The notes beneath the pieces are model-generated. The model did no database searches, had not been told where the DNA came from, and saw only the letters and a program-made list of their open reading frames with translations. A stretch of DNA of 64,000 bases, taken from an uncultured virus (IMG/VR IMGVR_UViG_3300035126_001036). Its lineage: Duplodnaviria > Heunggongvirae > Uroviricota > Caudoviricetes. Numbering within the stretch: the first letter of the stretch is position 1; each line of letters opens with the position of its first letter. The DNA is taken from positions 62,001-126,000 of the IMG/VR virus record IMGVR_UViG_3300035126_001036; one strand, written 5' to 3'. Below, in pieces: positions 1 through 9,477 of the stretch. A program made the position numbers and the translations under genes.

Positions 1-193
1 CGGGAGACAAAAAACATCAGACGAACTGTATAAAGAAAGAACCAGAGGGAGAGGAATCAGAGCAACCAATAAAGAAGGCCAAAAAGGATGGATTAAAAAT
101 GGTAAATTTACAGTAGGCGATTGGTAAACTGTCCACTAATGTCCTTCAACGGGGCATTTTTTGTTTATAATCGTTGAAATTCATCACAAAACA

Positions 194-376
194 ATGGATA
201 AAAAAGAAATTAAGGCCGCGATTAAGGAAATTGAGCAAGAACAACTCTCTAGAGAATTGAGGCAAAGTTTTATTGAAAAGGGCGTTTATGGGTGGTATCG
301 AGATCCTGAAACTCCTGATTGTAAAATCACAAAAAAGGGGTGGATGAAAAGGGGAATTATCACCTGGGTCGATTGA
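194..376 (+). CDS. hypothetical protein (probable ATG start 194)
   Basis: ORF directly after family-A promoter; stop lies inside the next palindrome. Confidence 0.6.
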   Translation: MDKKEIKAAIKEIEQEQLSRELRQSFIEKGVYGWYRDPETPDCKITKKGWMKRGIITWVD

Positions 377-447
377 GGAACTGTCCACCACTAATCACCC
401 AACCCATCACTGTCGTTTAAACTGATTCCAGTTAAACAATTTTCGTC

Positions 448-756
448 ATGGCCACTCAGGAACAGAAAACTATTTGGCTCATTGGAGCCGTGGAAAAACT
501 GGGCAATTTGGGTTTTATGAATAGTCTTTCTCATAGGCTAGATGAGTATGGTATTTCTATATTTTGGGAAGTTGATGAAATCAGGGATATTTTGTTTGAA
601 GATAATAATGAACTAAAAATGTACATTTATGGGTGGTTTCATGAGGATCTTGATGATGAAGATCTAGATGATCTTTATGATATTGTTTTAACTTTTAAAA
701 ATAATAGAAATAAAGTATTTACATACGGAATGAATAACTTTCTTCTTGTTAAATAG
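448..756 (+). CDS. hypothetical acidic protein
   Basis: 102-aa ORF after family-A promoter. Confidence 0.7.
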   Translation: MATQEQKTIWLIGAVEKLGNLGFMNSLSHRLDEYGISIFWEVDEIRDILFEDNNELKMYIYGWFHEDLDDEDLDDLYDIVLTFKNNRNKVFTYGMNNFLLVK

Positions 757-766
757 TTAAAAAGTC

Positions 767-895
767 ATGAACACTCCCAATTGGCAACACAACTCCGAGA
801 AGAAAAAGAAAACTCGGGGAATTTCTAAAGGAAAAATTAAATCTAGGAAACAGGTTCTTAAGTGTCTTAAGAAGAAGTACAATATAAATAATTAA
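767..895 (+). CDS. small basic hypothetical protein (MNTPNWQHNSEKKRK...)
   Basis: Read by hand, 42 aa, below the ORF-track cutoff; N-terminus resembles small cyanomyovirus ORFs as I recall them. Confidence 0.5.
   Translation: MNTPNWQHNSEKKKKTRGISKGKIKSRKQVLKCLKKKYNINN
883..890 (+). promoter_or_regulatory. T4-type late promoter TATAAATA
   Basis: Exact T4 late -10 consensus about 20 bp upstream of ORF 910. Confidence 0.7.
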
Positions 896-909
896 AATAT
901 TTAAATTAG

Positions 910-1422
910 ATGAAGACCTATAAGCAGTTCATGATTGAATGTGATGAGATAAACGAATCATCACTTTCTAGAATAATGAGAAAATCCCAAAAAGGTGGGA
1001 TGGCCATTATGTCTGCTGAAAGAGGAGATAAGTCTAAAGAAGAAAATAAAGAAAGATCAAGTCAACTTAAAAGAGATATAAAAGGCGCCGGTCTTCCTGG
1101 TCCGACCGCAGTTTCTGGTCGTTATGTAGAAAATCCAGGTACACCACAAGAAAAAAGAGTCTCAGAAAGAAGTTTTGTTGTAAGTCCAGGTAAACAAGGT
1201 AAAAGAAAGTTTAAAAAAACTCTTAAAAAATTAGGAAAGAAGTATAATCAAGATTCTGTTCTAATCCAACGTAAGCCTAGTGGAAGTGCTACTCTTACTG
1301 GAACTTCTAAAACTTCCTGGCCTGGTGAAAACAAAAACGTAAATGTCGGAAAAATGAGGCCAGGAAGAACCGGGGAATTTGATACCAAAATTAAGAACAA
1401 AACTTTTACTATAGAGCCATAA
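910..1422 (+). CDS. putative T3-type SAM lyase (SAMase) with capsid-targeting-like N-terminus
   Basis: Motif series SAER..ENKER..L..AGLPG..GRYVE..ERSFVV..KYNQDSVL parallels T3 gp0.3 as recalled (SAFR..N.SR..PGLYG..GCYRE..EKTVRV..EWEQDCVL); N-terminus MKTYKQFMIE. Confidence 0.6.
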   Translation: MKTYKQFMIECDEINESSLSRIMRKSQKGGMAIMSAERGDKSKEENKERSSQLKRDIKGAGLPGPTAVSGRYVENPGTPQEKRVSERSFVVSPGKQGKRKFKKTLKKLGKKYNQDSVLIQRKPSGSATLTGTSKTSWPGENKNVNVGKMRPGRTGEFDTKIKNKTFTIEP

Positions 1423-1505
1423 AGTAGACAGTTTTTTAAGTGTCTACTAAAAAGTCGGTGCTATTAATTTTCTGTTAAATTGTATTCGTTAAACGCATTT
1501 CAAAC

Positions 1506-1676
1506 ATGAAACTCAAATTTGAACATTTTGTTGATCATGATTCAAAAAAGGTCTGGTTTAAGTGTTCTAGTTCCGTAACCGCAACGGCCATTCCAGAAAT
1601 TACTAAAAAGTATTTTCCTGGTTATACTGGACACATTGCAAGTGACGATTATTTTAATGAACTACCGCGAAGCTAA
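1506..1676 (+). CDS. hypothetical protein (56 aa)
   Basis: Read by hand after family-A promoter at 1424. Confidence 0.55.
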   Translation: MKLKFEHFVDHDSKKVWFKCSSSVTATAIPEITKKYFPGYTGHIASDDYFNELPRS

Positions 1677-1926
1677 AGACATCGCGGTTTCCTGCTTTAA
1701 ACTTATGAAAAATACTCACTACTTTGAAGTCACTGCTCTTATCAATCAAAAGATTGAACGAGCAGTTATTGAGGGATTTAATTCTCGGGATGTTAAGTTT
1801 CAGGTAGAGCAGAATTGGAGAGAAAATCAAATGTATGACCATAAAGTTATTAAAATTACTCCTTCTACCGTAAGTGATTATGAGGCTTATTGGAATTCTA
1901 TACACAATAGCCGATGTGACACCTGA
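1657..1926 (+). CDS. hypothetical protein
   Basis: ORF with probable ATG at 1657; last codons (CDT*) are supplied by the palindrome at 1915. Confidence 0.6.
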   Translation: MNYREAKDIAVSCFKLMKNTHYFEVTALINQKIERAVIEGFNSRDVKFQVEQNWRENQMYDHKVIKITPSTVSDYEAYWNSIHNSRCDT

Positions 1927-1997
1927 TTAACTGGCACAAGCACCCGACCAGACCGGCCAATTCTCTTTTATACTGTCTTTAGTTCAACCAGATTATT

Positions 1998-2180
1998 ATG
2001 AAATTACTTGAGCTGTTCGACAAAACCTTTCTCGATGTGGAAGAAGATCCTTACTATGGTGATGAGGGAGCTTTTTTATATGAATGTGGAATTCAATATA
2101 GTTTTGAAGCAGATTCTATAGATATAGAGGATCATGGATTTACTTGTCGGCCAATTAATACATGGATGTGTTCACCTTAA
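1998..2180 (+). CDS. hypothetical acidic protein
   Basis: ORF after family-A promoter. Confidence 0.55.
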   Translation: MKLLELFDKTFLDVEEDPYYGDEGAFLYECGIQYSFEADSIDIEDHGFTCRPINTWMCSP

Positions 2181-2216
2181 AAGAAAGTTTAGGGTGATTT
2201 GATCGAGGAGGTCAGT

Positions 2217-2245
2217 ATTGTATCACTGATTATGGATCCTGTCAA
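2217..2245 (-). promoter_or_regulatory. sigma70-type promoter on minus strand (TTGACA-17-TACAAT)
   Basis: Plus strand attgta 2217-2222 and tgtcaa 2240-2245. Confidence 0.55.
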
Positions 2246-2297
2246 GTCCTAGGGTCAATTGTTTAAAATCCACACTAACCACTCACTATTTTTTATT

Positions 2298-2726
2298 ATG
2301 AAACTCATTTCTATTGACGAAAAATGGCCAACAGAAAAAGATACTGATAAAAATGGAAAGATTTGGGTGTATCGTATACCGTCTATGACTAAATGGGATA
2401 GGACTGGTCAGTTGTTTAAAATTTCTTTGGAACAATATACTGAACCACTTAATGTTGAAATTATTCATTTTACCCAGCCATATAAAAAGGTTGAAGATAA
2501 TCAGTATATTCATTCGCCCCAAAAATGTACTAAGTTGGAGTATACTAAATCATCTATAACAGCATATAATAACAGAATCCAATGGCCTTATTGGATACCT
2601 GGACATATTTTACTTGAACCAGTCGAAAGAGACGACAATAAAAAAGCGATGATCAGTAGTAATTTTCCTATTGTTAAAGGACATATTACACTTGAAGAAT
2701 ACAATAAAATTATTAATAAAAAGTAA
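2298..2726 (+). CDS. hypothetical protein
   Basis: ORF, probable ATG 2298. Confidence 0.6.
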   Translation: MKLISIDEKWPTEKDTDKNGKIWVYRIPSMTKWDRTGQLFKISLEQYTEPLNVEIIHFTQPYKKVEDNQYIHSPQKCTKLEYTKSSITAYNNRIQWPYWIPGHILLEPVERDDNKKAMISSNFPIVKGHITLEEYNKIINKK

Positions 2727-2890
2727 TTAATATAGAATATAGCTCCCGCATCTTCGGAACAAATCAACTCTACTGGAAGTCAGAATAAAAGTCAAGCTAC
2801 CATGTGACAATAACAAAATCGTCATACGGACTATTGACTCATTTTAGACTTCATGCTAAATTATCTTTGTTGATTGAGGAATCACTTTTT

Positions 2891-3130
2891 ATGGAACTAA
2901 CTTTTGACAATCTTAAAGTTATTTCAGCATATGGTTTTGTTGAGTTCATTGATATACCATCTGGAGACGTGATTTTTGTTTTGAAATCAGGTGAACATTT
3001 TTCAGATGAATTACTAACTTCTGATGCGTTTAAGACTCTTTTTTGCTTGATCTATAATGAGGGTATTGTTTGCGGAAAATCAATTTTGAAAAGGCAAATT
3101 GAACGGGTTCTTGACAAATGTGATTGTTAA
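2891..3130 (+). CDS. hypothetical protein
   Basis: ATG 2891 with GAGGA RBS after promoter at 2803-2862. Confidence 0.6.
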   Translation: MELTFDNLKVISAYGFVEFIDIPSGDVIFVLKSGEHFSDELLTSDAFKTLFCLIYNEGIVCGKSILKRQIERVLDKCDC

Positions 3131-3177
3131 GGTAATTAAAGAACTAACACAACAACCAACCTTTTTCTAATTAAATT

Positions 3178-3552
3178 ATGAACGACCAACTTCAGGCTCA
3201 AGTTTCTCAAATTCTTGCCGAGATTATGACTTCGGTGGGAGAAGTTAAAGACTTTTCTTTTGCTCAACTTCCAGACATTGCCCAACAATATATTTCTTAT
3301 GGTCTGTGGGTTAACACTTTTTATGCGATTGGGTTAGTTGTTTTTATTATTGGACTATTGGTGAGTATTGGATTCATTGTTCAACTAGCAAAAAGAGAGC
3401 ATAATAGTGAAATTCTTATATTTATTACGTTTCCTATAATTTTTTTAATTTTTAGTGTTGGCGGACTAGGCTCTAAAATTCATGATCTAATTCTAATTCA
3501 TAATGCCCCGAAAGTGTGGTTCATTATGGAAATTAAAAATCTTCTTTATTAA
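3178..3552 (+). CDS. putative membrane protein (2 TM)
   Basis: Two hydrophobic stretches. Confidence 0.65.
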   Translation: MNDQLQAQVSQILAEIMTSVGEVKDFSFAQLPDIAQQYISYGLWVNTFYAIGLVVFIIGLLVSIGFIVQLAKREHNSEILIFITFPIIFLIFSVGGLGSKIHDLILIHNAPKVWFIMEIKNLLY

Positions 3553-3890
3553 GTAGACACTTTCATAACTGTCCACTAATTCACCACCAGACCACCATTT
3601 ACGCCTTATACTGATCTCAGTTAAACATTTTTAGCCATGGCCACCAAAACACAACTCCAAACCAAAATTCAAGAACTGGAATCCGAGCTTCAAGAGTTCA
3701 AACAACAGATGCTTGCTGCCAGATCTTTAGCGGTGGTAGTATCAAGGCGCTCGCGTTCTGTGGGCGTTCCTTCCGGTGTGTTACTTATTGAACCTTGAAT
3801 TTTGATACTTGATACTTGGGATGTTCATGATAAACTCCAAGAATTTTCTGGAGAAAATAGAGTCGCAAACCTGATTCTTACCACAAACTG

Positions 3891-4079
3891 ATGGAAACTG
3901 TTACTGTAATCGCAAAATCTAAAAAGGCCAAGAATCGCCTGGCCAATATGATGAATCGAGATCCTATTTGCATTGTGGAACAGCACAAAGACAATAGGAT
4001 CTTTTTAAGATCATCAAATGGTTCATACTTTTTTTGGGTTAATCTGACAAATGATTTGAATTGGTCTATTGCATCTTAA
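3891..4079 (+). CDS. hypothetical protein
   Basis: 62-aa ORF. Confidence 0.6.
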   Translation: METVTVIAKSKKAKNRLANMMNRDPICIVEQHKDNRIFLRSSNGSYFFWVNLTNDLNWSIAS

Positions 4080-4097
4080 ACTTATCCCCAACTTAAA

Positions 4098-4421
4098 ATG
4101 ATTACTGCAACACAAATCCTAAATTTTCTAACGAAGGCCGAAAAATTGGGAATTAGTACTGATTTTGTTCAAAATGATGAAGGTTATAAAATAAATCTCT
4201 ATTATGATTGGCATGGTAATAAAGATTATTATTACAAAATGGTTTTCATAAAAAACGATAATACTTCAGACTGGGATGCTGGCGATTATACCTATGATGA
4301 TATGGTAGATTACTTTGACAAAGAAATTGAAAAACAATTAGCCAGAGAATCCAAGGCCAAAAAACGTAAAGAATTCTTAGAATCTCTCACTCCAGAACAA
4401 AGAGAATTGCTGGAGCCGTGA
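4098..4421 (+). CDS. hypothetical protein
   Basis: 107 aa, C-terminal LTPEQRELL; stop inside palindrome 4417. Confidence 0.7.
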   Translation: MITATQILNFLTKAEKLGISTDFVQNDEGYKINLYYDWHGNKDYYYKMVFIKNDNTSDWDAGDYTYDDMVDYFDKEIEKQLARESKAKKRKEFLESLTPEQRELLEP

Positions 4422-4507
4422 CACCTGACTAACTGGCACAAACACCCGACCAGACACACCAATTCTCTTTTATACTGTCTTCAGTTCACCCAACTAACCA
4501 AAAAATT

Positions 4508-5089
4508 ATGTTGACTCCAATTGATTTCAAAAACAACTATTTTTCTCTGCTTACTGAAAGTCAGTCTATTACTGGAGTGACTCCAGGAGTGACTCTAATG
4601 TATGATGAATATAAGGATGTAACCGAAGATGATAAGTTTACTGTCGAGCAATGGAGTAATCTTGTAAAGGTTGCATCAATCATCAAGGCAAATGAAAACC
4701 GGTTTGAGATGCAAACCTGGCACAAAAAATCAGAATGCGGTACAATTCATTGTATCGCAGGCTGGGCAGAATCTCTTGTAAAAAAGGATACAAACTATTT
4801 GGATACAAAAGATACTTGGTTTACGGCCACAGATGTTCTATCTGAATATGCCGAACCATTCTTTTTTATTGAAATAAATGCTATCATTCCTGGGTTGGGC
4901 TTTTATGGGGTGGGAGATTATGATTCTATCGTGGATAAGAGGAACGAGCACAAAGGACTTCCAGAACAACTGGTAATGAAGTGGTTCATTGACCCAATTC
5001 TTGAGGAAGCACATAAAGAATCTCATGAACTTTCTAGTGAAATCAGCCAGTTTATTCAAAAAGCCCAGGGAGAATTTGCTCTGGCCTGA
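4508..5089 (+). CDS. hypothetical protein with CGTxHCIAGW motif
   Basis: 193-aa ORF after family-A promoter; Cys/His motif. Confidence 0.7.
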   Translation: MLTPIDFKNNYFSLLTESQSITGVTPGVTLMYDEYKDVTEDDKFTVEQWSNLVKVASIIKANENRFEMQTWHKKSECGTIHCIAGWAESLVKKDTNYLDTKDTWFTATDVLSEYAEPFFFIEINAIIPGLGFYGVGDYDSIVDKRNEHKGLPEQLVMKWFIDPILEEAHKESHELSSEISQFIQKAQGEFALA

Positions 5090-5108
5090 TTATTAAACCA
5101 TTAAACAA

Positions 5109-5333
5109 ATGTCACTTTCTTACGATCTGCTCCAAATTTCTTTTCAAAACAATTCAACCATTGAAAAAGTCAAAAAATCTCTTAGACTCGCCGCAGAAGA
5201 TGGTTATATTTCAACTGAAATAACAGGTATTGATGATGAATACGTCGATATTATTGCTGCTTATTTGAAAGCTGAAGGATTTAAATTATGGAATTATAAC
5301 AAATTTACCAAAATTTTGTTTGTATCATGGTAG
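5109..5333 (+). CDS. hypothetical protein
   Basis: 74-aa ORF. Confidence 0.6.
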   Translation: MSLSYDLLQISFQNNSTIEKVKKSLRLAAEDGYISTEITGIDDEYVDIIAAYLKAEGFKLWNYNKFTKILFVSW

Positions 5334-5414
5334 TGACACCTGATTAACTGGCACAGGCACCCGACCAGACACACCAATTCTCTTTTATACTGTCTTCAGT
5401 TCATTCAACTCATT

Positions 5415-5624
5415 ATGCAATTGACTAAAAGGTATCTTTGGAAAATTCTTTCTGAAGATGGACTACTCAAGGATCCTATGCACACTTGGGGCGATTGTAT
5501 TTTTAACCGGTGGGGTTATCAGACAAAAGAAGATGCAATCACAGAATTTCAGCGTCTTATGGATATTGGTCTACATCCGCCAACCTGTATTCTCATTGAA
5601 GAATACTCCACCTTTCAAAATTAA
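5415..5624 (+). CDS. hypothetical protein
   Basis: 69-aa ORF after family-A promoter. Confidence 0.6.
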   Translation: MQLTKRYLWKILSEDGLLKDPMHTWGDCIFNRWGYQTKEDAITEFQRLMDIGLHPPTCILIEEYSTFQN

Positions 5625-5830
5625 TCAAAATCATGGAATTTAATCTTAAATGGTTTAGTTTTTATGCTGAACTCACTGTAACAGGATCCAATTTTTCTAT
5701 TGAATCTGGTTTTCTTAATGAACAAGAACAGATTGAACTAGCCAAGCGATTGAGGGAAATTGCTGATCAATTGTATGTTGAGGAAACTGTGTGACACATA
5801 CAAATAATTAACCCCTAAAACATTTCTATT

Positions 5831-6130
5831 ATGGCCATCGAAATTTGTTACTCATGGGAAGCTGCTACCATTAGTGATTATAAACCACTAGATGATATAA
5901 CAGGTTGGCAGACTTGCCCCAACTGTGGAGAGCATCCACGTACCTGGGTGTTTGACAATGGGAATTATGCAAAATGCCGGTGTGGACATAAGTATGAAGG
6001 TGGAGTAGCCGCCGAAACAGTTTTTGAGGCGTGTGGTAAAAGAAAGGTTCCTTATCTAGAATGGAAAGATTTTCTACGAGTAGCATGGAATAATCGTTGC
6101 GAATCAATATCCAGTGTGACACCTGACTAA
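5831..6130 (+). CDS. Zn-finger protein, Lar (restriction alleviation)-like
   Basis: CPNCG...CRCG...AWNNR pattern. Confidence 0.5.
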   Translation: MAIEICYSWEAATISDYKPLDDITGWQTCPNCGEHPRTWVFDNGNYAKCRCGHKYEGGVAAETVFEACGKRKVPYLEWKDFLRVAWNNRCESISSVTPD

Positions 6131-6202
6131 CTGGCACAAGCACCCGACCAGACCCACTAATCCTGCTGTATTCTACACTTGTCGTTAAGGGATTTTTACC
6201 CC

Positions 6203-6874
6203 ATGACCCAGGTTGCTCTTACAATTGCATCTAAAAATGGCAAGACCGGAAACATTCCGGTTTCTACTTCTGAGCGTTCTACTTGCCCCACAACCTGTCC
6301 TTTTTATGATAAAGGTTGTTATGCAAAGTATGGCCCGGTTGCGATCCATTGGCGCAAGGTTTCTAACAAAGAAAGGGGAACCGATTGGGACGATTTTGTA
6401 AAACAAATTGCGAGGCTCCCTAAAAATCAATTGTGGCGTCATGGACAGGCCGGTGATCTACCCCATAATAATGGAAACATTGATTACATCAAACTCAAAA
6501 AGTTGATCACGGCCAATACAAATAAAAGGGGCTACACCTATACTCACCATATTCTCAACGAGCACAATCGCATCTGCATTGAGAACGCTAATGCCAGGGG
6601 TTTTGCAATCAATGCTTCTACTGAATCAGTAGAAGTTGCAGACAAGGTAATGTCTGAATATGGAATTCCGGCAGTTGCGGTTGTTCCTTCTGATAAGACT
6701 GAGAGGTTTTATCAAACAGAATCTGGCAGAAAAGTTATTACCTGCCCGGCCACTATTCATGATAATGTGAATTGCGCTACGTGTGGTCTTTGTGCAAATG
6801 TTGATCGGGATTTTATTATTGCATTCCCGGCTCATTCTCCTGCCAAGAAAACAGTTAATGAGATTGTGGGGTGA
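6203..6874 (+). CDS. Cys-rich phage protein (CxxxCPF...CYA; Gp88-like, possibly Fe-S binding)
   Basis: CPTTCPFYDKGCYA, WRHGQAGDL, C-terminal CPA...CATCGLC; ATG 6203 after promoter. Confidence 0.55.
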   Translation: MTQVALTIASKNGKTGNIPVSTSERSTCPTTCPFYDKGCYAKYGPVAIHWRKVSNKERGTDWDDFVKQIARLPKNQLWRHGQAGDLPHNNGNIDYIKLKKLITANTNKRGYTYTHHILNEHNRICIENANARGFAINASTESVEVADKVMSEYGIPAVAVVPSDKTERFYQTESGRKVITCPATIHDNVNCATCGLCANVDRDFIIAFPAHSPAKKTVNEIVG

Positions 6875-6951
6875 CACCTGAATAACTGGCACAAGACCCA
6901 CCACCACCAGACCATTCTAGCCTTACAATAATCACAGTTCAAAAAAACACC

Positions 6952-7464
6952 ATGTTTTCTTCTCTGATTCCTTTCTCTGGTTTTTATGGATCTATTCATA
7001 ATTCCTACATGGATGATGTTCTTGAAATGCGAGAGGCCGAAGTAAGTGATTGGAGAAATGTATTTGAGGAATATGCAAAAGAATATGTCAAAAAACTAGC
7101 CGAGTGGATGGATGTTTCTCTTGAATATGAAGAACTAATTTCACCCAAAGAATATAATTTTATGAATGATCGAATCTTTGCAGAGATCAGCCGTTCTGAT
7201 TTTGCCAAGATTTTGTGTGCCGTAAGAGGCACCACATTGAATAACAAGGTAAGGCAAATGTTCACTTCTCGTAGTGGATTTATTTCTCATTATCCCAATC
7301 GCATTTCAGAATGGGGTCGAATTTCCACCTGGGATCATAACCAGATTGGTGCTGTTCTTGCAGCCTATGTAGACAAATACCGGGAATCTGACGATAATGA
7401 GGCAAACATTGCAGAATCCATTTATGAGGATGGAACTCTTGAATCTATTATGCTGGAGGGTTGA
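6952..7464 (+). CDS. conserved phage hypothetical protein
   Basis: IPFSGFY...SPKEYNF.NDRIF; follows family-A promoter. Confidence 0.7.
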   Translation: MFSSLIPFSGFYGSIHNSYMDDVLEMREAEVSDWRNVFEEYAKEYVKKLAEWMDVSLEYEELISPKEYNFMNDRIFAEISRSDFAKILCAVRGTTLNNKVRQMFTSRSGFISHYPNRISEWGRISTWDHNQIGAVLAAYVDKYRESDDNEANIAESIYEDGTLESIMLEG

Positions 7465-7766
7465 ATATGATTAAAACTACTTCCTGGATTACATTAGACG
7501 GCTATTCTTGTTTTAGGGCAATAGAAGGAACAGATCCAAATGAAGTTAAGAATAGGGTAGCATTTATTGAGAAAACCGCCAGGATTAGAATTTCCCCTTA
7601 TGATGATAGTAAATGTTGGTCAGAAGATTACAAAAAATGGAGATATGGGCCGAGAGGCGTAGGGGGATCTGGTGATGCAGAAAAAAAAGAAATTTATGGA
7701 TTTTATCCACCTTGCCGGGAATGGTGCGATAAACGATTGATCCTTCTTGGTTATGAATTAGGTTAA
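7461..7766 (+). CDS. hypothetical protein
   Basis: ORF coupled to the previous gene. Confidence 0.6.
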   Translation: MNMIKTTSWITLDGYSCFRAIEGTDPNEVKNRVAFIEKTARIRISPYDDSKCWSEDYKKWRYGPRGVGGSGDAEKKEIYGFYPPCREWCDKRLILLGYELG

Positions 7767-7770
7767 TATA

Positions 7771-8031
7771 ATGCATAAAAGAAATTATTATTACGAAGTC
7801 AGGTGTGAGGGTGGAGAATTTTTTGATATTTCACCCAAATATAATTTTGAAAGGTCAGCCAATTATAGGTGGTTTCGTAGATATAATACCGCCCATGATT
7901 TTTGTAGGCAACTAAAATCTCTCGGTCTAGAACCATACATTGAGAAATGGATTAAACTATCCAAACGGTCTCCAAAATATAGTAAACCTGGCACCCATCG
8001 AGTCATTACTTTCTTACCCAATTATGATTGA
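7771..8031 (+). CDS. hypothetical protein
   Basis: 86-aa ORF. Confidence 0.55.
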   Translation: MHKRNYYYEVRCEGGEFFDISPKYNFERSANYRWFRRYNTAHDFCRQLKSLGLEPYIEKWIKLSKRSPKYSKPGTHRVITFLPNYD

Positions 8032-8416
8032 ACTATTTTTATTGATTCTTCCACCTGTCGCAGTGCATTTCTATTTTAAGAACATTTCTAAAAAGTTTGA
8101 GGAGGCCAAGACCACTGAATTTTATTGTGAGATGCGAGAATTTCTAAAATATAGGAATTCTCATGTTCGTTTTGGTCTTGCGTTAAATCGAAAACTACCA
8201 ATTGAGTTTTTAGATGTATTGACAGCAGACAAGAATAAAGAAGTAAAATATATTGCAACAATGAATTATAATCACAGGACATATATGGCAAATGAGTATT
8301 CAGATTTTTATAATTTAGTTAATGGTGATCAGGAATTACTGGACACTTTTCTCTCAATTTCCCCAGTTATTCTCGACGATTATTTGTATCTTTATGGCAA
8401 GCATGACAGTCTGTGA
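8024..8416 (+). CDS. hypothetical protein, N-terminal TM and one LRV/HEAT-like repeat
   Basis: VRFGLALNRKLPIEFLDVLTADKNKEVK; probable ATG 8024. Confidence 0.5.
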   Translation: MIELFLLILPPVAVHFYFKNISKKFEEAKTTEFYCEMREFLKYRNSHVRFGLALNRKLPIEFLDVLTADKNKEVKYIATMNYNHRTYMANEYSDFYNLVNGDQELLDTFLSISPVILDDYLYLYGKHDSL

Positions 8417-8482
8417 ACTGTCCACTGACCTACCACCAACAATTAATTCTCTTTTATACTGATCTCAGTTCAACCAATTCCT

Positions 8483-8836
8483 ATGAACATTCCAAATAAC
8501 ATCATTTTGGGTAAGAAAGTTATGATTAACACCATTCCCATGACTGCTGATGGAGAAATCATTTTTCCTGGAATGTCTGTTTATGTTATCGAGCCCTTTT
8601 GTATCGAAAAAGTAAGAAAAGCCACGATTTATTGTGTTCTTCGTGATAGCGATAGTTCTAAAAAATATCCAGACTATTATTGTGTATTGGAAGAAGAACG
8701 TTATTGCAATGGTGAAGGTTATTGGGATGATGGAAATACTGAGTACGTTTCTAGAGTTTATGTTGATTATAATAAGGCAATGGAAAGAGTTAAACTTATC
8801 GAATCAGATCATGAATACCTTATGAATATGCTGTGA
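8483..8836 (+). CDS. hypothetical protein
   Basis: Flanked by family-A repeats. Confidence 0.65.
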   Translation: MNIPNNIILGKKVMINTIPMTADGEIIFPGMSVYVIEPFCIEKVRKATIYCVLRDSDSSKKYPDYYCVLEEERYCNGEGYWDDGNTEYVSRVYVDYNKAMERVKLIESDHEYLMNML

Positions 8837-8915
8837 CACTTCCCAAACTGTCCACTGATCCACCCAAACCAGCCCACCATCCATCATAATAAGGAAGTCC
8901 CAAGCAAATCACACT

Positions 8916-9101
8916 ATGGACAACGAACTTTATTCTTTCTCTCTTGCGCTTCATGGAAATGATCTTAATGCAATGATTCCATGGCTTTGTAATTTTTGGG
9001 CGCAGCATTACAATTTTCTTGTTGATCTTCCTATTTTTGAGGAATATGAGCAAGAATGGTTCCGGCAACAATACAATTTCAACAAAATCTACGATTGCTG
9101 A
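8916..9101 (+). CDS. hypothetical protein
   Basis: After family-A promoter. Confidence 0.55.
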   Translation: MDNELYSFSLALHGNDLNAMIPWLCNFWAQHYNFLVDLPIFEEYEQEWFRQQYNFNKIYDC

Positions 9102-9252
9102 TGTCTTTCATTCTTGCCTCTGATATTCAAACCCAGCAAACTATCTGGGTTGCTTATAAGGATGAAGAAATGTGTCTTTTTCGTGGCGATCCGGTGACTG
9201 CGACTGCAGTACAACTGGCAAATCACTATTCGGTTCTTTATTCCCAAGATAA

Positions 9253-9477
9253 ATGATCAAATCAATTGAATCTATCACTCCACGAGATAATCACTTCATC
9301 GTGGAGGCAATTATTGAGGATGGAGTAATGGTTTCTGGGGCCACAATTTATGATCCACCAGAATATGCAGATTGTATCTGTCGTGCAGAAATTTCTCTTC
9401 TTGAAGAAGAGATTACAATTGATATTCTTGAAGAAATGGATATTGAATGGGTGCCAATTGATGATCGGGACTGGTGA
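9253..9477 (+). CDS. hypothetical acidic protein
   Basis: 74 aa, DPPEY motif. Confidence 0.6.
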   Translation: MIKSIESITPRDNHFIVEAIIEDGVMVSGATIYDPPEYADCICRAEISLLEEEITIDILEEMDIEWVPIDDRDW

